64,000 nt of DNA, from the IMG/VR virus record IMGVR_UViG_3300028859_000011, positions 32,001 to 96,000 of that record. One strand, 5' to 3'. This document shows, piece after piece, positions 10,660 through 20,468 of the stretch. The stretch comes from a virus. The position numbers and the translations under genes were made by a program. Under the pieces are notes generated by a model. That model ran no database searches, was not told the origin of the DNA, and was given only the letters and a program-made list of their open reading frames with translations. Position 1 is the first letter of the stretch. Each line of letters begins with the position of its first letter.

Positions 10660-11817
10660 ATGAACACAGAATTAGTAGTAGGAGTAAATATCGGTAGTTT
10701 ACCAGATCCATTTCCAGAATTGAGTAACAATAGAATCAGAAAAATAAAGAGTTCTGGTGATTTGAATTCAGAATATAGAGATATGTATGAAAAGATGGAA
10801 AAATCATTATCTGGTAAAAAAGAGATTAAAGAAAATCAAGTAGTTACAGGTACAATATCTTCAATCAATCAGAAAGAAATTTTAATTGATTTTGGATTTA
10901 AAGATTTTATTTATGTAGAAAAACCTAAATTGAATACAGTTGTAACAGAATTGCTAGTAGGTGATTCAATTGATGTATTAATAACATCAGTATCAGAAAA
11001 ACCATATTTAATTAAGGGTTCTATTACAGAACTAATTAAACAAAATGTTCACAGTAAAATGAAAGAATATTTTGAACAACGATTGCCTCTTATATCTGAA
11101 GTTAAATCAATGATACCAGCAGGTTATATGATGGATATTATTATGGATAATGTTAGAGTTGAGGCATTTATGCCAAATACATTAGCAGATGTAAATAAAT
11201 TAACAGACTCAGAATCTATATTAGGTTTGACTTTTGAAGTAATGCTAGAAACATTACAGCAAGAAAAGGGTGTTTATGTAGTATCAAGAAAAAAATATTT
11301 ACAATCATTAATACCAGACGAAGTAAGAAAATTAAAATATGATATTACATATACTGGAGATATTACAGGTACAACTCCATTTGGTGTTTTTGTACAATTT
11401 AAAGCTACTGAAGATGGTCCTAATTGCTTAACTGGTATGGTTCATAAAGCTAATATTGGTGAAAAATGGCAAAATAAATGGAATGAAATAGTACCTGGTA
11501 TGACTATTGATTTTTATGTTAAAGAAGTTATAAAAAATAATAAAATTATTCTTACTCAAATTTTAAAAGAATCTATGTGGGATAGTATTAAAGTTGGTAA
11601 AATATTAACTGGTAAAATAAGAGATATTAAAAATTTCGGTGCTCTTATCACACTTGATGATGAAACAACTGGATTAATTCAAACTACATATCTTAATAGA
11701 AGTGATAAAAAATATAAAGTTGGTGAAGAAGTTACTGTAAAAGTTATATCATTAATAAGGGATGATAGAAAAATTTATTTAAATTTTGCTGATGCTAAAC
11801 CAAAAAGGGATGAATAA
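10660..11817 (+). CDS. Ribosomal protein S1-like multi-S1-domain protein
   Basis: Four S1/OB repeats (VVTGTISSIN..ILIDFG, GDITGTTPFGVFVQF..GMVH, GKIRDIKNFGALITL..GLI). Confidence 0.85.
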   Translation: MNTELVVGVNIGSLPDPFPELSNNRIRKIKSSGDLNSEYRDMYEKMEKSLSGKKEIKENQVVTGTISSINQKEILIDFGFKDFIYVEKPKLNTVVTELLVGDSIDVLITSVSEKPYLIKGSITELIKQNVHSKMKEYFEQRLPLISEVKSMIPAGYMMDIIMDNVRVEAFMPNTLADVNKLTDSESILGLTFEVMLETLQQEKGVYVVSRKKYLQSLIPDEVRKLKYDITYTGDITGTTPFGVFVQFKATEDGPNCLTGMVHKANIGEKWQNKWNEIVPGMTIDFYVKEVIKNNKIILTQILKESMWDSIKVGKILTGKIRDIKNFGALITLDDETTGLIQTTYLNRSDKKYKVGEEVTVKVISLIRDDRKIYLNFADAKPKRDE

Positions 11818-11823
11818 AATAAA

Positions 11824-11866
11824 AATAGAGAATGATTCGTTATAACGAACCATTCTCTATTTTTTT
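11824..11866 (+). terminator. Intrinsic terminator
   Basis: ATAGAGAATG...CATTCTCTAT stem followed by a T tract. Confidence 0.75.
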
Positions 11867-11941
11867 ACTTTACAGTAGATTAAATATTCGACAAATATTG
11901 ATATAATATATTATTTAAATTATCATATTTTTTATATAACT

Positions 11942-11972
11942 AAAAAAGCATCACCATTGGTGATGCTTTTTT
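11942..11972. terminator. Bidirectional terminator
   Basis: AAAAAAGCATCACC-ATT-GGTGATGCTTTTTT perfect inverted repeat. Confidence 0.85.
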
Positions 11973-11980
11973 AGTTATTA

Positions 11981-12496
11981 TTAATTTTCATCTTTTATAA
12001 ATTGTGTATAATTTAAATCTAGCATAACTTCTCTATCAAAAACATTAACTGCAATTTTAGATTTTTTCTTAACATCATCAAGAGTTTTAATGACTCCTTT
12101 GAAATTATTAAATGGTCCATCTATTATTTTAACTCGTTCTTTAATATAATAAGTATTATCATTAACATAAACAATTAAATCATCAGTTTTTTTGTCTAAT
12201 AATCTATCAACTTCAGATTGCCTTAATGGTTTTTTTAATACACTTTGTACTCCTCCAATATATTTAACAAAACCTTCAACAGTATCTATAGATTCACATT
12301 CAATAAATATATAACCTGGTATTGTTATTTTTTCAACATTTATCTTTTTTCCATTTCTTAATTGCTGAGTTTTATTACTAGGTACTAATATATTTGATAT
12401 GAGATTTTCAATAGGATGCATTTTTAATTCGTGTTCTATTGATTCTTTTACTTTTTTTTCTTTGCCATTGGCAACTTTTATAACATAGTATTTCAT
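11981..12496 (-). CDS. nusG: Transcription termination/antitermination factor NusG
   Basis: NGN domain (YVIKVANGKEKKV...IPGYIFIE) plus KOW motif (VKIIDGPFNNFKGVI). Confidence 0.9.
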   Translation of the reverse strand: MKYYVIKVANGKEKKVKESIEHELKMHPIENLISNILVPSNKTQQLRNGKKINVEKITIPGYIFIECESIDTVEGFVKYIGGVQSVLKKPLRQSEVDRLLDKKTDDLIVYVNDNTYYIKERVKIIDGPFNNFKGVIKTLDDVKKKSKIAVNVFDREVMLDLNYTQFIKDEN

Positions 12497-12583
12497 TTTT
12501 TATAATTATTTTTATAATTATTATATAAACTTTTAAATAAAAAGTTCAAAAAAATCCTTATATTTTTACATATAAGGATTTTG

Positions 12584-13054
12584 TTAATATCTTCTAATAA
12601 TTGTCTTTTTTTTTGGTTCTTCCATTACAGGAGGATAATAAGGAGTAAATGATTTATCATCGCTATATTCATCTGTAAATATTTTATCAGTATCTACATT
12701 AGTATTATATTTTTTAGGCTCAAATATTGAATCATTACTATCACCTTTTTCTTCATCTCTTTTTAGTCTTTGATTTATAAATTCTCTAACATAATTATGA
12801 GCAGATTTTAAATCATCTTTCTTTTTATTTCTTAATCTCACACTTTTTCCATCTTTAGTTTTTTTGAAAATTTTACAAATGAAAAATATTCCCTTTTTCT
12901 GTATTCTAGCAAAATAATATGGTTCTACATTTCCTGATTTATATTTTATAATTCCTCCAAATACAGTAGGATTATATTTTGCTTTGCCACTAGTAAATAA
13001 TTTATCATCTATAATATTATCTTTCCAGTTTTCAAATGTTTTAATTTTTTTCAT
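12584..13054 (-). CDS. Hypothetical protein with capsid-targeting-like N-terminus
   Basis: Starts MKKIKTFE, downstream of a TATATA motif. Confidence 0.6.
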   Translation of the reverse strand: MKKIKTFENWKDNIIDDKLFTSGKAKYNPTVFGGIIKYKSGNVEPYYFARIQKKGIFFICKIFKKTKDGKSVRLRNKKKDDLKSAHNYVREFINQRLKRDEEKGDSNDSIFEPKKYNTNVDTDKIFTDEYSDDKSFTPYYPPVMEEPKKKTIIRRY

Positions 13055-13122
13055 ATTACATATATATATAAAACTTTTATTATTATTTTTTCTATATTAA
13101 TTATAAAATAATAAATGAAATA

Positions 13123-13398
13123 ATGAAAAACTCTTTATTGAAAATTAGAATTGATGATGAAGAATATAAAAAATTTCAAGACGTCTGTGAAAAAAAAGAT
13201 AAATCTATGAGTGAGGTTATAAGATCATTTATCAGTTCATATAATAATGGAAAAAATATCATATTATTAGATATCGATAACGAAACATTTGATAAAAGTT
13301 TAGAAATGTGTAAATCTAAAAAAATAAAACTTAATGATGTAGTTAAATATCTATTAAATAAAGCAATTAAAAATAAAGATAAACTAACGTTTAAATAA
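13123..13398 (+). CDS. Ribbon-helix-helix DNA-binding protein, tandem domains
   Basis: LKIRIDDEEYKKF..C......SEVIR.FI, repeated once in the C-terminal half. Confidence 0.7.
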   Translation: MKNSLLKIRIDDEEYKKFQDVCEKKDKSMSEVIRSFISSYNNGKNIILLDIDNETFDKSLEMCKSKKIKLNDVVKYLLNKAIKNKDKLTFK

Positions 13399-13430
13399 AA
13401 AGTGCTGTTTTATAAAACAGCACTTTTTAT

Positions 13431-13637
13431 TTAAACCCATTCCTCTTCTTCAAGAAGTATTGGATCATATTTTAATCCAAGTTCATATATTTTATCATAA
13501 ATTTCATTTTTGTTTTTTGTTTCGAAAAATTCATTAACTGTTTCAAATTCACCTTCAATTTGCTTTAACAACAAAACATCTTTTGTTTCAGCATCCCAAA
13601 CCAATTTTCATACATCTTTTTTTTCATTTTTTTTCAT
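13431..13637 (-). pseudogene. Small ORF interrupted by an in-frame TGA at codon 10
   Basis: MKKNEKKDV*KLVWDAETK...EEEEWV; TGA at 13610-13608. Confidence 0.5.
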
Positions 13638-13859
13638 AGAGAATTTATTATTTTTTTATTGTAAATTAAGTTGAATATAATTCAACTTTTTTAAAAATTT
13701 TGCTATATACTTATAGTATTTCTCACTCAAGTATATATTAATTAATACGCATCAGATATTTCTATTTTATTTAATTATTTGATATTTAGATTATTATAAG
13801 TTATTGATTAATAGAAATAAATAAAATAATTAAAAATAATTAAAAATAATTAAAAATAA

Positions 13860-14438
13860 ATGGCTAAATTATATTTTAGATACTCTACAATGAATGCAGG
13901 TAAAAGCATAGATTTAATTAGAACTAATTTTAATTATCTTGAAAATGGTAAAAAGACCATGTGTTTTACATCAAGTAAAGATAATAGATATGGAGTAGGT
14001 AAAATAACATCAAGAATTGGATTATCAATTGATGCTATACCAGTAAATGAGGATACTAATATATATGATATAGTTAAAAAAGAAGTAGATATATCTTGTG
14101 TATTTGTAGATGAAGTACAGTTTTTAACATCTGATAATATATTTCAATTGTCAGATATCGTAGATGAATTAAATATACCAGTAATTTGTTATGGACTTAG
14201 ATCGGATTATAAAATGATAGGATTTATTGGATCATCTCAATTAATTTCAATATGTGATTCTATTGAAGAAATTAAAACTATATGTAATCATTGTAAAACT
14301 AAAAAAGCTATATTAAACGCTAGATTTTTAAATGATAAAATAATAATTGAAGGACCACAAATTATAATAGGTGGTAATGATAGCTATAAACCTTTATGTA
14401 GAAAATGTTATAAAACAATATTAAAAGAACAAAAATGA
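13860..14438 (+). CDS. tdk: Thymidine kinase
   Basis: STMNAGKS P-loop variant, VFVDEVQF, CYGLRSD, Zn-binding CNHC...CRKC. Confidence 0.95.
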   Translation: MAKLYFRYSTMNAGKSIDLIRTNFNYLENGKKTMCFTSSKDNRYGVGKITSRIGLSIDAIPVNEDTNIYDIVKKEVDISCVFVDEVQFLTSDNIFQLSDIVDELNIPVICYGLRSDYKMIGFIGSSQLISICDSIEEIKTICNHCKTKKAILNARFLNDKIIIEGPQIIIGGNDSYKPLCRKCYKTILKEQK

Positions 14439-14638
14439 AAGATAATTTAAATGAGAAATTAGAACAAGGATATAAAAGACTTTGTTTAGTAAATGTGGTT
14501 TGGTCATTATTATTAATGCCATTAGCATTTGTATTTAATCAAAATGATTTATCTATGTTTGTACTTATATGGATGATTTGGATTATTATCGGATTATTTT
14601 TATCACCTAAAATAACAATGAAAATATGGCGAAAGTAG
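14435..14638 (+). CDS. Small membrane protein
   Basis: Two hydrophobic helices. Confidence 0.55.
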   Translation: MKDNLNEKLEQGYKRLCLVNVVWSLLLMPLAFVFNQNDLSMFVLIWMIWIIIGLFLSPKITMKIWRK

Positions 14639-15039
14639 ATTTTATAACACTTGCAAATATTATATTTAAAGATAAAGATAAATATAAATTTATAACAGAT
14701 GAAGAAAAAGAAGATTCTTTTTTTATGCTTAATAGAAAATTCGCATATAAATATTTGAGAAAAGCACAATTTTTTAATAATAAAAATATTAATAAATCAT
14801 CATCATTAGATATTTGGTATCAAATTTTTTATAAAACTACTAATGGAACACCTGATTGGTGGTGGAAAACAAAGCAGCCTTCAAAAAATAAGATAAAATC
14901 TGAATTTAATAATAATGATCTGAATTTAATAATAGATTATTATGAAATAAAAAAAAGTGATATTGAATTTTTAATTAAATATTATAGTCAAGATTTAAAG
15001 GATGATATTAAAAGACTTAAGAAATTTAAAAATGAATAA
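14626..15039 (+). CDS. Hypothetical protein, weak resemblance to the T4 gp62 clamp-loader small subunit
   Basis: FMLNRKF..., WWWKTK, ...YYE pattern; resemblance by eye only. Confidence 0.35.
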   Translation: MAKVDFITLANIIFKDKDKYKFITDEEKEDSFFMLNRKFAYKYLRKAQFFNNKNINKSSSLDIWYQIFYKTTNGTPDWWWKTKQPSKNKIKSEFNNNDLNLIIDYYEIKKSDIEFLIKYYSQDLKDDIKRLKKFKNE

Positions 15040-15067
15040 AAAAAAGTAGATAAAAATCTACTCTTTT

Positions 15068-15862
15068 TTATTCTAAACGAATATTATATATTTCTTCTTT
15101 AATGTAGTTACAATTTGTTTTGTAATAATAACCATCAATTGTTATACAATTTTTATTCCTACCATTTGATATAATTATAATATCGTATGAATAATTATAA
15201 TTAATCTTTTTCTCATTATATAAAACTAAATAGTGTGTATCAAATTTTAATATTCCTGCAGATTCAAATATAACATCATCTAATGTTCTTTTTTGTGATG
15301 AAAATGGCTTTACTTGAACTGTATATTTTTCATTATCAAACATAAATGATCCATCTATTCCACTAACATCTTCTGCTATATTTATTGGAGGATTAAATTT
15401 AATTATTTTTTTAGTTTTATTATTATTATTAATAAAATTTTGAAAATATATATTTGCTAAATTTTCACCACGCTTACCTTTATTAGATGTACATTCGACG
15501 ATATGATAATTACCAATAAAAAATACTCCATTATAATGATATTGATTAAATAAATTATATTTCATATATTTAATAAAAGATTCTTCAGTTCTTATATCAT
15601 TAAATTTTGCTATACTCTCAAATGTTCTTTTATTATTAATAAATTTATTTATAATTTCCATTTCATAACTTTTTTTATTTATTTCAAATTTATCTTTATT
15701 ATTATTTTTTATATAACCAAATTTTGAATATACTCTTTGAATAAAATTTTCAATTTTATCATTTATTTTTGATTTTTCTTTTGATGAAATTTCAACATTA
15801 ACTTCTTCATTATCATCATCATACCATTTCAATATTGTTGGTTTATTATTATTTTCACTCAT
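15068..15862 (-). CDS. Putative PD-(D/E)XK-type nuclease-fold protein
   Basis: E(RGENLA)...GIDG.....YTVQVKP motif arrangement. Confidence 0.45.
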   Translation of the reverse strand: MSENNNKPTILKWYDDDNEEVNVEISSKEKSKINDKIENFIQRVYSKFGYIKNNNKDKFEINKKSYEMEIINKFINNKRTFESIAKFNDIRTEESFIKYMKYNLFNQYHYNGVFFIGNYHIVECTSNKGKRGENLANIYFQNFINNNNKTKKIIKFNPPINIAEDVSGIDGSFMFDNEKYTVQVKPFSSQKRTLDDVIFESAGILKFDTHYLVLYNEKKINYNYSYDIIIISNGRNKNCITIDGYYYKTNCNYIKEEIYNIRLE

Positions 15863-15925
15863 TTAAATTAAGACTTTATTAATTGTTTTTTATTATCGAT
15901 TATTTTAATTAATAACGAATATAAT

Positions 15926-15955
15926 AAAAAAAAGTGAAACAACCTAATGTTTCAC
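15926..15955 (-). terminator. Intrinsic terminator downstream of ncRNA candidate E1
   Basis: Minus strand GTGAAAC-ATTAGGTT-GTTTCAC followed by T7. Confidence 0.75.
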
Positions 15956-15981
15956 CTCCTTTTTTTGTTAAATTTAAAAAT

Positions 15982-16053
15982 AGAGAGATAGCTTCCACAC
16001 ACCAAATGTAATTTTATTGATTAATTCGTCAGGACCTTAACCCGAATCTCTCT
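15982..16053 (-). ncRNA. Candidate small structured RNA E1 (unclassified)
   Basis: 8-bp closing stem AGAGAGAT/ATCTCTCT, GC-enriched, bracketed by terminators; shares motifs with E2. Confidence 0.5.
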
Positions 16054-16067
16054 TATATTATAAATAC

Positions 16068-16106
16068 AAAAACCTAGCAAACTTTAAAAAAAAGTCTCAC
16101 TAGGTT
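16068..16106 (-). terminator. Intrinsic terminator upstream of E1
   Basis: AACCTAG...CTAGGTT stem with T tract on the minus strand. Confidence 0.6.
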
Positions 16107-16203
16107 GTAAATATTTAATATCTTTTAATATCAGTTTTTTACTCATAATTATATACCTTATATATAAATATATTTATATCTATTTTATCTAAAACTAAAA
16201 ATT

Positions 16204-16755
16204 TTATTTACATAAACGATCTGAAGCAGAACTTGAAGCAAAACTATATGGTTTTCCCATTACTTTATATTTTTCACCGCATAACCATCCCATAACATCA
16301 TTATAAACTTTATTTGATTTATTGTTTGATAATCTTGCTCCATTTCTTGTATTTTTTTTAACATTTAAATCTACATGAATTTCTACTAGCTTATTTGGTG
16401 TTGAATCATCATAATAGTTTTTATCAAATTTATATTTATAATTATTATTACTTAATGTTTCGTTAATAGATTCAGCAACATCATGAGACAATAATGCTTC
16501 ATTCCATAATTTAGTTACAAGGTCTTTAACTTTAGGCTCAGTATATGTTGCATAAACTACATGAGCACCTTTTCTTTTTTCCTCATTATAAAAAACAACT
16601 GAAACTGCATATTTAGTTCTATGCATATGACTATCTGAATCACAACCAATAATTACTTTTGATCCTTTATCAACATTTTTAACATAATTTAATACGTAAT
16701 CATTTATACTTATAATTTTTTCTCCATTTATTTTTCTCCATGCTAAATTTTCCAT
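16204..16755 (-). CDS. RNase H-like YkuK family protein
   Basis: VIIGCDS...E...S....EIHVDLN...G...KP.S..AS..SD motifs. Confidence 0.75.
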   Translation of the reverse strand: MENLAWRKINGEKIISINDYVLNYVKNVDKGSKVIIGCDSDSHMHRTKYAVSVVFYNEEKRKGAHVVYATYTEPKVKDLVTKLWNEALLSHDVAESINETLSNNNYKYKFDKNYYDDSTPNKLVEIHVDLNVKKNTRNGARLSNNKSNKVYNDVMGWLCGEKYKVMGKPYSFASSSASDRLCK

Positions 16756-17008
16756 GTCTATTAATTATTTAATTTTTTATTTATTAATGATTATGTATTT
16801 TATATTTTCAAATAAGTTTATTATTTAATTAATATCTTATCTTTATTTTTATCATAAATTAAATTTTATTATATATGTCATTATATTATTTCAATTTATC
16901 ATTTTTATAAGTGTTTTTATAACATTATTTAAGTTCAAAATATAAACTTATCTATCATTTTTTATATACATTTGTAAATTAATACGTAATAAATAAATCA
17001 AACAAAAA

Positions 17009-17722
17009 ATGTCAAAAATAAAAATTAATAATGAATATGCAGTCAGAATAAATCATCCAGAATTTGGAATTTTTTATTTTTCATATTCTAGTAATAATAT
17101 AAAAGGAGAAACATTTGTATTTACTAAAAATTTATCTAAAGTTCAAACTTGGAAAACAATAAAATTTTCAGATAATCAAATTAATGTAATTATATCAGCA
17201 ATGAAATTTAAGACTCGTAATATATATTTATCACTTGATAAAAATATAGAAAATAAAACACAAGATAATATTATAAAATCAAGAAATAAATATTATTATG
17301 TTATTGATTCATCACAAGATATCAAATCAAAAATGCTTCTATTAACTGCAGATAAAAATATAAAAAAATTAAATGATACATTAATAGAAGATTCAGAAAG
17401 TATATATAATTTATATACTAATATTAAAACTAATGTCATCACAAGTAATTTTAAAAAAATCAATAATTGTGATGTAGATTTTGATAAAATATTAAAAGAT
17501 TCAAATGATACATTATCAGCTATTCAATTACAGAATGATATACAAAATGAATTAGCACTTAAAGTGAATAATTATATTGATGATATTTCACAATATAAGA
17601 AAGATAACAATATTTTAAAAGAATTTGAATGCTATACTGGAATATATTTAGATGTTATTGATGCATCTTATGGTTTTAGAAAATTAAAATTAAAATTACT
17701 TAATAATATTAATAATCACTAA
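17009..17722 (+). CDS. Hypothetical protein with C-terminal RxxKL motif
   Basis: Ends GFRKLKLKLLNN. Confidence 0.6.
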   Translation: MSKIKINNEYAVRINHPEFGIFYFSYSSNNIKGETFVFTKNLSKVQTWKTIKFSDNQINVIISAMKFKTRNIYLSLDKNIENKTQDNIIKSRNKYYYVIDSSQDIKSKMLLLTADKNIKKLNDTLIEDSESIYNLYTNIKTNVITSNFKKINNCDVDFDKILKDSNDTLSAIQLQNDIQNELALKVNNYIDDISQYKKDNNILKEFECYTGIYLDVIDASYGFRKLKLKLLNNINNH

Positions 17723-18358
17723 TTAATTTTTTATCAGTTTTTTAATATTATCTAATTTATTTATCGAAAAAATCCATCCAGCTTTTTTACCACCAGTTTT
17801 AGGATCAGTTAAAAATTTATTATATCTACAACCTAATGATAATAATTCATCTTTAATTTTTTTTGTTCCAATACCAAAAAGCGCATATGCTTTATCTGAA
17901 TATTTAACTAACTCTATATCATCATTTTCTTTTTGATCAAATGTAGATATTGATTTTATATGCTTTAATTTTGGATTTTCTTTTTTTGGCTCTTCAACTT
18001 TTGGTTCTTCAATAATATCAGGTTTATATAACATAAATACTTCAGATAATAGCATTTGATTGCCTTCTTCATCTTCCCAATGTCTAGAAAAATTATGCTG
18101 AGATATTTTATATTTTTTCAATAATGAATTTACCAAAACAGTATCTATTTTTGTATTTAAATTTCCAATTTTAATAAACTCTAAATCTTTTTTCCATTCA
18201 CCTTTACCTAATCCAGATTTTGATATAAAACTATTCATTTTAAGATATAAATCATCATTGTTTATATCTAATAATATCTTAGCTTCAACAGAATTATAAT
18301 CGTAATCCCAAGAGTAATAAGATTTATTTTTAGCTAATAATTTAAAATTTTCATTCAT
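17723..18358 (-). CDS. Hypothetical protein
   Basis: C-terminal domain YSDKAYALFG..TK.IKDEL..LG.RYN..L....GWIFS. Confidence 0.6.
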   Translation of the reverse strand: MNENFKLLAKNKSYYSWDYDYNSVEAKILLDINNDDLYLKMNSFISKSGLGKGEWKKDLEFIKIGNLNTKIDTVLVNSLLKKYKISQHNFSRHWEDEEGNQMLLSEVFMLYKPDIIEEPKVEEPKKENPKLKHIKSISTFDQKENDDIELVKYSDKAYALFGIGTKKIKDELLSLGCRYNKFLTDPKTGGKKAGWIFSINKLDNIKKLIKN

Positions 18359-18430
18359 AATATAAACTATATTTTCGTTATATATAAAATAAACTTTTTA
18401 ATTTATTTATATTATAACAAATAAAAATAT

Positions 18431-18733
18431 ATGTTCAAATTAGAAATAGAAACTTGTATGAGTGAACCTCCAATTATTATTGATATAGAATCTTTTAAAG
18501 CATTTGATAGAAAGAAATCCGAAATTCATAAGATGTTAAATAGTTATATATTTGAAATAAATACAAAACAAATCAGAGATGAAATTAAAGAAAATGTATT
18601 AAAAATTTTAAGTATGGATATAATAAATATTAGAAGAGAAAAACTTAAAATATTGGATGAAATTTCTGGAAATAAAAAAATAAAAAAATATTATCATAAT
18701 GATATGATGATCAAGTACAATATTGAAATATAA
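18431..18733 (+). CDS. Hypothetical protein with RxxKL motif
   Basis: Contains IRREKLKIL. Confidence 0.55.
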   Translation: MFKLEIETCMSEPPIIIDIESFKAFDRKKSEIHKMLNSYIFEINTKQIRDEIKENVLKILSMDIINIRREKLKILDEISGNKKIKKYYHNDMMIKYNIEI

Positions 18734-18746
18734 AAACAACTGAATA

Positions 18747-19214
18747 ATGATGACATTACCTCATTTTAATTCTATACAAAACTGTTGTTATAATATAGAT
18801 CCTATTTATCAATCATGTTTTGAAGTTAGATTTAATAATAAATTTTTACTAGATAATTGTATATCTATAGAAAATAATATTATTAATTTTAATCTTTATA
18901 TTTATGAAAATGAGTTACAACCATTTAATATTATAAATGATATGATTAATAATAACGAAATTATAAATTATTTAGAAATTATAAATTATAATAACGAAGG
19001 TACAATAAAATATGCAGTATTTTTAGAAAAATTTAAATTTGTAGAATTTGTAGGATTTCTTGATTTTGATTTGGTTAAATATGATAAAAAATATAATATA
19101 AAAAATTTACATGTTAAATTTAAATATGATAAAATGACTGTAATTATAGAAAAAAAATATAATAACTTTATTAGAAAAATTAAAATTAAGTGTTTAAATG
19201 AAAAAGATTCATAA
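18747..19214 (+). CDS. Hypothetical protein with C-terminal RxxKI motif
   Basis: Ends FIRKIKIKCLNE. Confidence 0.55.
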   Translation: MMTLPHFNSIQNCCYNIDPIYQSCFEVRFNNKFLLDNCISIENNIINFNLYIYENELQPFNIINDMINNNEIINYLEIINYNNEGTIKYAVFLEKFKFVEFVGFLDFDLVKYDKKYNIKNLHVKFKYDKMTVIIEKKYNNFIRKIKIKCLNEKDS

Positions 19215-19235
19215 AATATGAATCTTTTTCATTTT

Positions 19236-19622
19236 TTAATATTCATCTAAAAATTCAATCTCATCTTCATCATCTACATTTATTAACTTTATAACATTTG
19301 TATAACCAGTAAATTCTTTTAGTTCATCTATCATATCATAAAAATCAGATTCATCCAAACTATCTAATAAATCAGCTAATTCATATTTAGCAGGTTGATA
19401 ATCATCTTCATCAATATAATCATCTAAACTTTTTTCTCCTTGAGTGTCTAATATTTCTAATATCTGATCAATTGCATCATGTTTATATTCCCAAAAAGAT
19501 TCATGTTCATCATCAACTCTAACTTCCCATTTATCTTCGTTTTCATTATCGTTTTCATTTTCTTCGTCATTCAGAATATTTTCATTAATATATTCAAACT
19601 CATCAAATTTTTTAAGCCCCAT
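19236..19622 (-). CDS. Acidic protein with capsid-targeting-like N-terminus
   Basis: Likely start MGLKKFDEFEYINE (ATG at 19622); D/E-rich. Confidence 0.6.
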   Translation of the reverse strand: MGLKKFDEFEYINENILNDEENENDNENEDKWEVRVDDEHESFWEYKHDAIDQILEILDTQGEKSLDDYIDEDDYQPAKYELADLLDSLDESDFYDMIDELKEFTGYTNVIKLINVDDEDEIEFLDEY

Positions 19623-19760
19623 AATATTATTTTTATTTGTATATATTAATTTTAATATATACAAATAAAAAATATGAGAATAGTAAGTATAAAGTATTTT
19701 TTAAGGCCAACTGCCCATTGTTCTAATGGCTGTTAGATATGGGCATCGGGAGATGCCCTT

Positions 19761-20138
19761 TTATTTTGGTTCGTCAAATATAACATTCCAATTATTTAAT
19801 TTATGCCAACCACTAGGCATTAATATTTCTAATTCATTTGATAATAAATTATCAAATGTAACATATTCTTTTACTTTACCGTTTTTTACTTTGTCAGAAA
19901 TTTTAAATTTATCATTTAATTTGGTTCTTAAAATAACCATTTTAGATTCTCCTCCTTTATATTTAGCATAATATTTAGCATAATTTATATCATTAGTAAA
20001 AGATATTGATGACTTTTCATCACCTGTATTATTAGTTTTCATATATCCATCATTTTGTATATGTAATGACTGCCCTCTACCTGTACCATGATAAATATAA
20101 TTATCATCATTATCAAATTTATTAAAAGTTGTAATCAT
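19761..20138 (-). CDS. Putative ADP-ribosyltransferase-fold protein
   Basis: YHGT...SFT.D..YA..YA...EY motif set; N-terminus MITTFNKFD. Confidence 0.6.
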   Translation of the reverse strand: MITTFNKFDNDDNYIYHGTGRGQSLHIQNDGYMKTNNTGDEKSSISFTNDINYAKYYAKYKGGESKMVILRTKLNDKFKISDKVKNGKVKEYVTFDNLLSNELEILMPSGWHKLNNWNVIFDEPK

Positions 20139-20162
20139 ATTTTAAATTATTTTAAATTATTT

Positions 20163-20468
20163 TTAATCATATTTATCTATCAAAGGTTTAATTAATAAAT
20201 ATGTTAAGTAACATATAAAACTTCCAATAAATCCATATATTGGAATTATTAATAAACTCATAATAGTTAGTTCATGATAATATATCATTAATAAAGTTTT
20301 AATTATAATACCCCAATAGAATCCGCTGCACTGACAGCACTTTAATAACTTACCTAATGATTGATTCATTTCTTGTATTTTATCTCTTATATGCTTAAAT
20401 ATATAAGATTGGGTTGTTATTAATGTTGCTCCAATTGTTGCTAATATAAATAATAAAAAGGTTAACAT
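20163..20468 (-). CDS. DUF1360-like membrane protein
   Basis: Hydrophobic, with L.C..C.GF(Y)W motif. Confidence 0.6.
   Translation of the reverse strand: MLTFLLFILATIGATLITTQSYIFKHIRDKIQEMNQSLGKLLKCCQCSGFYWGIIIKTLLMIYYHELTIMSLLIIPIYGFIGSFICYLTYLLIKPLIDKYD

Noticed and set aside
16026-16034. Hammerhead ribozyme core (CUGACGA on the minus strand) in E1
   Set aside because: No GAAA after a stem II, and E2 lacks the motif.
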